A stretch of DNA of 62,220 nt, the filler included, from an uncultured bacterium (GTDB lineage: Bacteria; CAYSBA01): NCBI GenBank assembly GCA_964429075.1. It is 9 parts of 9 records of this genome, joined end to end, with 100 filler letters (N's around TTAATTAATTAA, not from the genome) between each part and the next. Parts side by side here need not be neighbours in the genome. Positions count along the whole stretch, not along the records: positions 7,132 to 14,146 come from CAYSBA010000063.1; positions 14,247 to 21,240 come from CAYSBA010000064.1; 7 more parts are not named here. One strand, given 5' to 3'. The notes below the pieces were generated by a model that did no database searches, was not told the DNA's origin, and saw nothing but the letters and a program-made list of their open reading frames with translations. The translations under genes and the position numbers were made by a program. This document shows positions 9,381 to 17,849 of the stretch, piece by piece (position 1 is the stretch's first letter; every line of letters begins with the position of its first letter).

Positions 9381-10499
9381 ATGGCACATGCATATACACC
9401 AGGGCTTAAGGTCTCAAAAAATACATTGATAAGAAAAACAAGACGCCTACCCCTGCAGGGTGAAGTCTTTGTAAAGGTGGGTGATCATGTCCAGTACAAT
9501 GATGTTATAGCCAAAACAGAACTACCCGGCAAGGTCTACCCAATGAATGTGGCAAACCGACTTAATCTACTCCCCAAGGAAGTGCCACAGTATCTACTAA
9601 AAAAAGAGGGAGATCGGGTTAGGGCCAAAGAGATAATCGCAGAAAAAAAAGGTCTTTTTGGCCTTTTTACCACTCGTTGTGAGAGCCCAATGGATGGTTT
9701 TATCGAAAGTATTTCAGAAATAACCGGCCAGGTTTTGATTAGAGGTAACCCAAATCCTGTTGAGGTAAAGGCCTATATAGACGGTGAAGTGGTGGAGGTT
9801 ATAGAGAAAGAGGGAGCTGTTATTGAAAACAGAGGGACACTGATTCAAGGAATCTTTGGTATTGGAAAGGAGAAAAACGGTCCTATCCATATCTGTGTGG
9901 ACTCCCCAGAAAAGAGCATATCTCTTGAGATGATAACAGAGGAATTAAGAGGTAAGATTATTGTTGCAGGGTCTTATGTAACTGCAGACATAGTTACCAG
10001 AGCATGTGAAACAGGTGTACTTGGCATTATTGCAGGTGGTATAGACTATAAAGATATCAAAGACATCCTCGGATATGAGGTAGGTGTAGCAATTACAGGA
10101 AATGAGGATATTGTTACGACCCTTATAATTACAGAGGGATTTGGCAAGATTACAATGGCAGAAAAGACCTTCCAGTTGCTTCAGGAGTGCGAAGGTATGA
10201 TGGCATCTATAAACGGTGCGACTCAGATTAGAGCAGGTGTAATCAGACCAGAGATTGTAATCATCAGAGAACTTGAAAAAGAGGCAAAAGAACAGGATTT
10301 CAGTATGGGAATTCAGGTTGGAAGTCTTGTGCGAGGCATAAGGACTCCCTATTTTGGTCGCATTGGTAGAGTAACTGCCCTGCCCCATCAACCTACTACC
10401 ATAGAGACAGAGAGCAAAGTCAGAATACTTGAAGTAGAATTTTTAGACGGTGAAAAAGCAATACTGCCGAGAGCCAATGTAGAACAGATAGAGGAGTAA
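9381..10499 (+). CDS. uncharacterised soluble protein with barrel-sandwich-hybrid-like repeats and KOW-like C-terminus
   Basis: VKVGDHV..DVIAK, KKEGDRV...EIIAE and SPMDGFIESIS recall RnfC/NqrA/lipoyl hybrid motifs; central alpha/beta region; C-terminal VGSLVRGIRTPYFGRIGRV. Confidence 0.75.
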   Translation: MAHAYTPGLKVSKNTLIRKTRRLPLQGEVFVKVGDHVQYNDVIAKTELPGKVYPMNVANRLNLLPKEVPQYLLKKEGDRVRAKEIIAEKKGLFGLFTTRCESPMDGFIESISEITGQVLIRGNPNPVEVKAYIDGEVVEVIEKEGAVIENRGTLIQGIFGIGKEKNGPIHICVDSPEKSISLEMITEELRGKIIVAGSYVTADIVTRACETGVLGIIAGGIDYKDIKDILGYEVGVAITGNEDIVTTLIITEGFGKITMAEKTFQLLQECEGMMASINGATQIRAGVIRPEIVIIRELEKEAKEQDFSMGIQVGSLVRGIRTPYFGRIGRVTALPHQPTTIETESKVRILEVEFLDGEKAILPRANVEQIEE

Positions 10500-10502
10500 G
10501 AC

Positions 10503-11909
10503 TTGACCCAGGCATTTCTATATGATAGCAAAAAGGCAATGAGTGCAATTAAAAATGGCATTAACCTTTTTTTATCACACATCTTTTTGATAATACTATG
10601 TCTTTCTTTTTCTTCTCTGTCTTTTGCTACAGAAAAAGAGAATGGATCAAGCCCAAACAACACTGAAAAAATAACTATAGAGAAAGACAACAACAACACC
10701 AATAATCCCCAACAGCAGACCACACAAAGATCTAACGAAGAAACCCTGACAAAAGAGGGTTCTCAAAAGAAGACGAAAGATAATGAAGTCTCAGAAGAAA
10801 AACCAACAATAGTACCGGTCAGTCCGGTTACAAATCTTGTTGCAAAGGACACCCCCAACGATGCTGGCCACTCTATTGCCCTTTCATGGGAACCATCTCA
10901 GGATGAAAAAGAAAAACGTGTTAAGGGCTATGCTATCTTTCGTGCCATCAGTTCAAATGGGCCTTTTGTCAAAATCGGAGGTGATCAACTACTGCCGCCT
11001 GGTACAAAAGAATACAAAGACAGAGATAAAAACCTAAAAAACGGAACAAGATATTTTTATAAGATTGTAACATACGGCAAGGGCAAAAGTGAAAGTCAAC
11101 AATCAGCTTCACAGGTTGTTTCAGCAATCCCTAAGATGCAGATCTTCAATACAGACAAAATTGCCCTATTTGTACTTATAATACTTAATAGCATCTTTAT
11201 ACTTTTTAATATCTTCAGGGCAAGGAGAGGAGAATCTCTGTATATCAGACCGGTTGCCGGCCTTGAGGCTGTTGATGAGGCTGTTGGCAGGGCAACAGAG
11301 ATGGGGAAACCGGTTCTCTTTGTCCCCGGGATTATGGATATGGACAATATTCAGACAATAGCTGCCATGGTGATCTTAAACAGGGTTGCTAACAAGACAG
11401 CTGAATACGAAGCCGACCTCCTTGTACCCTGTTCAAAAGCGGTTGTTATGACAACAGCACAGGAGGTTGTTAAGGCAGCATATCTTGATGCAGGAAGACC
11501 TGACGCCTACAGAGAGGATATGGTCAGCTACCTTACTGATGATCAGTTCGGTTATGCCGCAGGTATAGATGGGATAATGGTGCGCGAAAGGCCTGCAGCA
11601 AATTTCTTTATAGGTGCATTTTATGCAGAATCTTTGATCCTGGCTGAGACAGGGGCATCAATCGGTTCCATTCAGGTTGCCGGCACTGCTATGCCATCAC
11701 AACTACCATTTTTTATCACAGCCTGCGACTATACATTGATCGGTGAGGAGTTATTTGCTGCAAGTGCCTATCTATCGAAGGACCCACAACTTTTAGGAAG
11801 TCTTAAAGGTCAAGATTGGGGAAAATTTTTCTTTCTCGTTTTAATCTTTACCGGGATGATACTTGAGTTTTTTGATATAAAATGGCTTTATAACCTTTTA
11901 AATAAGTAG
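10503..11909 (+). CDS. membrane protein: signal peptide, low-complexity linker, FN3 domain, TM, DUF6754-like domain, TM
   Basis: FN3-like PVTNLVAKDTP..IALSW...Y.IFR...YFYKIVT; TM followed by RARRG; IRPVAGLEAVDEAVGRATEMGKPV, AESLILAETG, QLPFFITACDYTLIGEELFAASAYLS recalled as DUF6754. Confidence 0.75.
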   Translation: MTQAFLYDSKKAMSAIKNGINLFLSHIFLIILCLSFSSLSFATEKENGSSPNNTEKITIEKDNNNTNNPQQQTTQRSNEETLTKEGSQKKTKDNEVSEEKPTIVPVSPVTNLVAKDTPNDAGHSIALSWEPSQDEKEKRVKGYAIFRAISSNGPFVKIGGDQLLPPGTKEYKDRDKNLKNGTRYFYKIVTYGKGKSESQQSASQVVSAIPKMQIFNTDKIALFVLIILNSIFILFNIFRARRGESLYIRPVAGLEAVDEAVGRATEMGKPVLFVPGIMDMDNIQTIAAMVILNRVANKTAEYEADLLVPCSKAVVMTTAQEVVKAAYLDAGRPDAYREDMVSYLTDDQFGYAAGIDGIMVRERPAANFFIGAFYAESLILAETGASIGSIQVAGTAMPSQLPFFITACDYTLIGEELFAASAYLSKDPQLLGSLKGQDWGKFFFLVLIFTGMILEFFDIKWLYNLLNK

Positions 11910-11911
11910 CT

Positions 11912-12604
11912 ATGAGAAAACAGGTTCCAATAACAATTACACTTATTGTAGGGATCGTGATGATCCTTTCATACTTTTTACCCCCGATATCTAAGTTCAA
12001 TGAGACCTTCCAGCAGTGGTTTATCGTAATTTCTGCTGCTGTAATGATCCTTGGTATAATAAACCTGATCAGTGTTAACTGGGCAAAAATAAAACACAAA
12101 AGAGAAAACTGGCAATACAGTATAGTACTTGTTGCTGGATTTGCAATGGTAACAATTTTTGGATTCTGGAATGTTTTTGTCTGGATTTTTACAAAACTGG
12201 GTATTGACCTTGGCCCATACTGGATGCTGCAGGGGAAAGCAAGTCCACTGGATCAGGGAACACCACTAAACTATGTATTTAATTATGTCCATGTGCCGAT
12301 GTCTTCTACCATGTTTTCACTGCTTGCCTTTTATGTGGCATCTGCGGCATACAGGGCATTTAGGGCAAGATCTTTAGAAGCTACTCTACTGTTAATTGCG
12401 GCCTTTATTGTAATGTTAGGAAGGGTGCCGATCGGTGATGCTATTAGTCACTGGATACCATCTGTAGCTGAGTGGATTATGGACATTCCAAACACAGCAG
12501 GTCAGAGGGCAATCAAGATTGGTATTGCTCTTGGAATTGTCTCAACATCTTTAAGAATAATATTTGGGATCGAACGCTCCTACCTTTCCGATGGAGGGGA
12601 CTAA
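11912..12604 (+). CDS. polytopic membrane protein of unknown function
   Basis: About 6 hydrophobic segments; motifs FSLLAFYVASAAYRAFRARS, MLGRVPIG, PNTAGQRAI.IG. Confidence 0.8.
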   Translation: MRKQVPITITLIVGIVMILSYFLPPISKFNETFQQWFIVISAAVMILGIINLISVNWAKIKHKRENWQYSIVLVAGFAMVTIFGFWNVFVWIFTKLGIDLGPYWMLQGKASPLDQGTPLNYVFNYVHVPMSSTMFSLLAFYVASAAYRAFRARSLEATLLLIAAFIVMLGRVPIGDAISHWIPSVAEWIMDIPNTAGQRAIKIGIALGIVSTSLRIIFGIERSYLSDGGD

Positions 12605-13447
12605 ATGAATACCCCAGAACAAAAACCAGGCTTTTTTGAAAGACTTCAGAGTATTGATAAGCGTTATATATATCTAATGATCGCTTTGGGAGTCCTTATT
12701 CCATTGATTAAACCAATCGGACTACCCATACGTCCTTCTGGTCCTGCAAAGAAATTATACAGTGCGATTGATTCTCTAAAGGAGGGTGATGTAATCCTTA
12801 TGTCATTCGACTATGGTGCATCGACCAAGCCTGAGCTCTATCCAATGTCACTTGCCCTTTTAAAGCACTTTTTCAGAAAGAATCTCAAGGTGGTTGTGGT
12901 GGCATTATGGCCAGAGGGTGCTCAGATGGCTGTCAATGCCCTACACACTGTTGCAACAGAGATGGGTAAAAAATACGGTAAGGACTATGTCAATCTTGGA
13001 TTCAAGACTGGAGGTCTTATTCTGATAAGGCAGATTGGATCGGGCATTAAGGAGGCATTCCCAACTGACATAAACAACACACCTCTTGAAAAGCTTCCCA
13101 TGATGCAGAATATACACGACTACTCTGATATAGATATGGTCATTGAGTTATCTGCCGGTGCACCAGGAATCCCAGAATGGATAATGGTTGCAAAAGATGA
13201 ATTTAACACACCCGTTGGTGGAGGCTGTACTGCAGTAAGTGCACCAGATTTCTATCCATATCTGCAATCTGGTCAGCTGGTAGGTCTTCTTGGGGGTCTG
13301 AAAGGGGCGGCTGAATATGAATCCCTCGTTGGTTACAAGGGTAAGGCAACAGCAGGCATGGATTCACAATCAATTGCTCATCTTATAATCATCCTGTTTA
13401 TAATACTTGGAAATCTTTCTTACTTTATAACAAGGTTAAAGAGGTAA
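12605..13447 (+). CDS. membrane protein with a soluble alpha/beta domain between two TM helices
   Basis: N-terminal TM, soluble domain (FDYG, YGKDYVNLGF, GQLVGLLGGLKGAAEYE), C-terminal TM. Confidence 0.8.
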   Translation: MNTPEQKPGFFERLQSIDKRYIYLMIALGVLIPLIKPIGLPIRPSGPAKKLYSAIDSLKEGDVILMSFDYGASTKPELYPMSLALLKHFFRKNLKVVVVALWPEGAQMAVNALHTVATEMGKKYGKDYVNLGFKTGGLILIRQIGSGIKEAFPTDINNTPLEKLPMMQNIHDYSDIDMVIELSAGAPGIPEWIMVAKDEFNTPVGGGCTAVSAPDFYPYLQSGQLVGLLGGLKGAAEYESLVGYKGKATAGMDSQSIAHLIIILFIILGNLSYFITRLKR

Positions 13448-13449
13448 CA

Positions 13450-14112
13450 ATGGAAATAGTGGGTATATGGATAGCTGCAATCTTGACCTTTTGTATATTT
13501 AGTTTTTTATACAAGGATAACCCACTTTACAAATTTGCAGAACATCTTTTTGTAGGGGTTTCTGCAGGCTACTGGCTTGCATATTCATACTGGAATTCCT
13601 TCCATCCCAACCTTGTCAAAAAGATATATATCCCATTTTATAGACCCGATGGTGATGTATGGTTATGGATTGCATTTATCCTTACATTGATGATGTTTAC
13701 AAAACTAATACCCAACATCTCCTGGATGAGTAGATGGACCCTTGCATTCATTATTGGTGCAAGCTCTGGAATGAACCTCGTAACATACTTTAAAACAGAT
13801 ACACTTATGCAGGTCACCCATACTATCGTACCATTAATCGTCAAAAAAGGTGGCCAAATCGATATCGCTGCCTCTTTGAACAACACAATCCTGTTTATAG
13901 GCATATGTACAGGACTGATATACTTCTACTTTTCCAAGGAACATAAAGGTACCTTTGGCAGGATTGCCAAGATAGGGATCTATTTTCTTATGATTGCCTT
14001 TGGTGCTGCATTTGGATACACTGTAATGGCAAGGATCTCTCTTTTAATTGGTCGTATGCAGTTTTTAATTGATGAATGGTGGGCAAAAGGTGTAATGGGC
14101 CTATTCAGTTAA
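13450..14112 (+). CDS. polytopic membrane protein of unknown function
   Basis: About 6 TM segments; motifs SFLYKDNPLYKFAEHLFVGVSAGY and MIAFGAAFGYTVMARISLLIGR. Confidence 0.8.
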   Translation: MEIVGIWIAAILTFCIFSFLYKDNPLYKFAEHLFVGVSAGYWLAYSYWNSFHPNLVKKIYIPFYRPDGDVWLWIAFILTLMMFTKLIPNISWMSRWTLAFIIGASSGMNLVTYFKTDTLMQVTHTIVPLIVKKGGQIDIAASLNNTILFIGICTGLIYFYFSKEHKGTFGRIAKIGIYFLMIAFGAAFGYTVMARISLLIGRMQFLIDEWWAKGVMGLFS

Positions 14113-14146
14113 TCTTCTAAGATCATATTGTACCTTACTATAAAAT

Positions 14147-14246
14147 NNNNNNNNNNNNNNNNNNNNNNNNNNNNNNNNNNNNNNNNNNNNTTAATTAATT
14201 AANNNNNNNNNNNNNNNNNNNNNNNNNNNNNNNNNNNNNNNNNNNN
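14147..14246. other. artificial contig linker
   Basis: N44-TTAATTAATTAA-N44. Confidence 0.98.
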
Positions 14247-14248
14247 GA

Positions 14249-15076
14249 ATTACAGATATAAGACTTTATCGTAAAAAGAATAGTTCTTCACATAAGGGAT
14301 ATCTTGTTAGAGTAGACTTCAGAATCGACAAAAAATACAAAGACCTAATAACAGAAGATACACAGGTGTTTGTTAGTAGTAGAGGTGTCTTTGGAGAGCA
14401 ATTTCTCGAACTTGTCACATCTTCTGAAGGAAAGATAGCAAGTCCAGGGACAGTGTTTATTGGACATGGACCGGCAAGGATGGATCTTTTGATGTCATCA
14501 CTATCTGAAATAATTAATCAGGTAGGTGCCCTGCTTTCAAAAAACAAAGAGTTGATCAAATCGATGCTGATCTCTATCTCAAAGCTTGCAGATAGCACAA
14601 ATACTCTATTTGTAGAGAAGAAAAATGAAATCAACACAATCCTCACAGAGCTTGTAAAGACAACCAAAGCTGCAAGAGTTGCACTTGGAAGGTTCAATAT
14701 AATTCTCAATAACCCTAAGAATGTCAGGCATCTTATAGATGATAGCAAGGACCTAGTTAAAGATCTTAAATACAAACTCCCCAACCTCCTTGAACAGATG
14801 GACAACATGACAAAAAGGATGAACAGGGTCTTTAAGGTACTCGAAGACCTCAGCGGACAGAATGGACAAAAGGCGCATAAAGCAATAAAAGAACTATCAT
14901 CACTGATCAATGATTCCAAGTCCCTTATAAAAGAGTTACACTACATCACTTCACGACTCAAAAACGGCAAAGGAACCCTTGGTGCCCTTTTAAAAGAAGA
15001 TGCATTATATAAAGACCTGAAGGCCCTTGTTAAGGAGCTGAGGGCAAAACCATGGAAGCTTATCTGGAAAGATTAA
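14249..15076 (+). CDS. mlaD: MlaD/MCE family protein (5' truncated)
   Basis: Frame open from the contig start: ITDIRL...VRVDFRID...ITEDTQVFVSSRGVFGEQFLEL (MCE end), long helical region, GKGTLGALLKEDALY...PWKLI tail. Confidence 0.8.
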   Translation: MTDIRLYRKKNSSSHKGYLVRVDFRIDKKYKDLITEDTQVFVSSRGVFGEQFLELVTSSEGKIASPGTVFIGHGPARMDLLMSSLSEIINQVGALLSKNKELIKSMLISISKLADSTNTLFVEKKNEINTILTELVKTTKAARVALGRFNIILNNPKNVRHLIDDSKDLVKDLKYKLPNLLEQMDNMTKRMNRVFKVLEDLSGQNGQKAHKAIKELSSLINDSKSLIKELHYITSRLKNGKGTLGALLKEDALYKDLKALVKELRAKPWKLIWKD

Positions 15077-17301
15077 ATAAAGTATTATTTATCATCTCTT
15101 TTTTACCTTTATGTATTTTTTCCTGCAAAAGAACAATAGACTGTATTAAGTCAAATTGTGATATGTACCTTGGAAGAGAGTGTAATAGTGCATCAGACTG
15201 CCCTTCTGGATGGAATTGTGCACATTCAGATGTGCTTGGCAATTTCTGTACAAAAAGCTGCAGCACTGATTCAGATTGTCCATCTAAGGGTAGATGTGAT
15301 AGCCTGACAGACCGTTGTGTTCCTGATCTTGATACAGAGTGTAAAGATAATTCAGACTGTCCTGAGGGGACAAGATGCATACTCAATACAGAAGGCAACA
15401 AAAAAAACTGTATCCCTGTGGGCAGGTTTGGGCTCGGTCACGACTGTTCTTTAAGTGGTGCTTCTGAATGCAAAAGTGGACTTTGCTTCCCAGGGGCCGG
15501 TGAGATAACAGCAACATGTGTTGAACACTGCGACTCACCAGGTTCTGATTGTGATGGACATGAGGGATCCTGCGTAAGTCTTAAGAACATGCCACCTCTT
15601 TGCTTTGCAAATGGGACAACCATTGCCGGTAATTACTGTGGATGCAGTCCCACTCAGCTATGTGTCATAACAAACAATGAGGCATGGTGCAAAGAATCGT
15701 GTTTCGATGATAGTGACTGCGATTCTGGAGAAAATTGTATCACATTAAAATGGGGCTTTGGTTATTGTGATGCCGAAGGAAAGATTTGCCAAAGTACAGG
15801 CGATTGCAAATCATTAGGTTCTGAATATGTATGCGGCCTTGTGGGTAATCACTTTGAATGTATACAGGGTGAGTATGAAATCAAGGAGTGCTCATCAAGT
15901 TCAGAATGCGACACAAACCTATGTATTGATGGTTTTTGCAGTATTCCATGTACTGATGATTTAGAATGCAATACAACACTACCATACTGCAGGTTAATCT
16001 ATACTAATGCCGGATACATACCTATATGTTCAAAGACTAGCGGAAGGTCCATCTGTTCCAAGGAGGATGATTGTAGCGAAAAAGAATCCTGCAGACCAAT
16101 ACAACTGTTCGACGGCTCAACACAATATGCATGTTTTGAATCTACCGGTTCTACAGAAATCGGTAGCTACTGCACCGACTCCGAGCAATGCATAGATGGG
16201 TTTTGCTCCAGCTTAACCTCTTTATGTACTGTTGTGTGCAATCATACAAACGACTGTCCTGCCTTTTATAGATGTGATTTTGTTCCTGAATCCTCCATTA
16301 CAACTTCAAGCTTTGATGTAAAAGAGTGCCTTGCCCCAGGACTCAGAGGCAGTTATGGTCAGCTATGTAAAAAAGATTCAGACTGCATAACTTATGAGTG
16401 TGTATTTTATGATGACACAATAGATTATGGAATCTGTAGTATCTCCTGCAGGAGTCGTAGATGTCCTGATGGTATGATATGCAATCCGGAAAATAATTAT
16501 ATCTGTCTTATAGACGAGGCATCAGAATTAGATGAATGTAAAAATGATGATGACTGCAATGGCAAAAAATGTATATTAGATATAGAATCTGATCATCTTA
16601 GCTGCAGGGCTATTAACATCTACGATCTAAAAAAAGACTGTTTATTCGACAGACAGTGCAAATCAGGGATCTGTTCAAGGTTTGGATTTTGCACAACCCC
16701 CTGCAAGACCCACCAAGAGTGTGTTTCAAAAATGGGTGAAGGATACATATGCACCTATCAAAGAAGTGATGAAGGACGTTATATCAAGGTTTGTGAACGG
16801 GATATCGGGTCTCTTACCCCATGTATCTCACCAAATGACTGCCCTTCAGGTGAGACCTGTTCTCTTTTGATTGATGAATCTGGTTATCTTTATGACACAC
16901 TTTGCATGAAACCCATTGGGGATAAAGGGTTTAATCAGCCCTGCCAAAAAAACGAAGACTGTGCTACCAACATCTGCAACCAGGAAACTCTCAGCTGCAC
17001 CAGTCTCTGTAGGACCGATGATGAATGCCCTCAGGGTAGTATTTGTAATCCATCAATGGTATCAATTAAAGGTAGGAATTTTAATATCTATGTTTGCACA
17101 TCAGAAAACCAGAAAGGTGGGCTTGGAGATCCCTGCCCAAGGGGAATTATAGACTGCAACGGCCTCAGCTGTTATACCGATGTGAATGGAAATAGCTTTT
17201 GCACCAGATTTTGTGACACAGATCAAGATTGTGACCAAAATACAAAGTGTTATACTGTCACAGATCTAAACCGATCGATATGTGTGCCAAAGGATTATTA
17301 A
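15052..17301 (+). CDS. cysteine-rich repeat lipoprotein
   Basis: Lipobox-like IFSC after a hydrophobic stretch; many CxxxxDC and CTxxC motifs along the whole 749 aa. Confidence 0.8.
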   Translation: MEAYLERLNKVLFIISFLPLCIFSCKRTIDCIKSNCDMYLGRECNSASDCPSGWNCAHSDVLGNFCTKSCSTDSDCPSKGRCDSLTDRCVPDLDTECKDNSDCPEGTRCILNTEGNKKNCIPVGRFGLGHDCSLSGASECKSGLCFPGAGEITATCVEHCDSPGSDCDGHEGSCVSLKNMPPLCFANGTTIAGNYCGCSPTQLCVITNNEAWCKESCFDDSDCDSGENCITLKWGFGYCDAEGKICQSTGDCKSLGSEYVCGLVGNHFECIQGEYEIKECSSSSECDTNLCIDGFCSIPCTDDLECNTTLPYCRLIYTNAGYIPICSKTSGRSICSKEDDCSEKESCRPIQLFDGSTQYACFESTGSTEIGSYCTDSEQCIDGFCSSLTSLCTVVCNHTNDCPAFYRCDFVPESSITTSSFDVKECLAPGLRGSYGQLCKKDSDCITYECVFYDDTIDYGICSISCRSRRCPDGMICNPENNYICLIDEASELDECKNDDDCNGKKCILDIESDHLSCRAINIYDLKKDCLFDRQCKSGICSRFGFCTTPCKTHQECVSKMGEGYICTYQRSDEGRYIKVCERDIGSLTPCISPNDCPSGETCSLLIDESGYLYDTLCMKPIGDKGFNQPCQKNEDCATNICNQETLSCTSLCRTDDECPQGSICNPSMVSIKGRNFNIYVCTSENQKGGLGDPCPRGIIDCNGLSCYTDVNGNSFCTRFCDTDQDCDQNTKCYTVTDLNRSICVPKDY

Positions 17302-17708
17302 CTATCATCAAGGCCTGTGTCATGATCCGGCATTGGAGTAACAACAGCATCTCTTCTATCAAGCCCCATCTCGCACTTTCCATCAAACTTAACTCCTCTT
17401 TCAATGACAAGCTCTGGTGTCTTAAGTTCACCCTTCACCTTTGCTGGGGAATGGATCTCTATCAGATCTGACGCTATTAAATTCCCATTCACTACCCCAT
17501 ATATTATTAGAGTACCTACCTCTATATCTGCATTTACAATGGCATCTTCACCGATTACAAGGACGTCTTTTGATGTGATAGTTCCGGTAAACTTCCCATC
17601 AATCCTTACCGTTCCCTCAAAATGGAGCTTACCTTCAAACTCACTGCCAGAGCCCAAAAGTGCATTTACATTGTCCACAGAGTATGTGCTCTGCTCTAAC
17701 TTTGCCAT
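17298..17708 (-). CDS. bactofilin (polymer-forming cytoskeletal protein)
   Basis: LLGSGSEFEGKLHFEGTVRIDGKFTGTI...V.GEL.TPELVIERGVKFDGKCEM; ATG 17708 with RBS GGAGG. Confidence 0.92.
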   Translation of the reverse strand: MAKLEQSTYSVDNVNALLGSGSEFEGKLHFEGTVRIDGKFTGTITSKDVLVIGEDAIVNADIEVGTLIIYGVVNGNLIASDLIEIHSPAKVKGELKTPELVIERGVKFDGKCEMGLDRRDAVVTPMPDHDTGLDDS

Positions 17709-17849
17709 GTCTCTTTCCTCCAATCTGTTTATAAGTCCTAAATACCACAACAAAAAAAGGTGTCAAACAATTGGTATTTGTAATCCTTTTATCCTTGACA
17801 AAAGTTATAATATGAATCAAAGATTTATAGCTTTTAGCGAGAGGATAGC

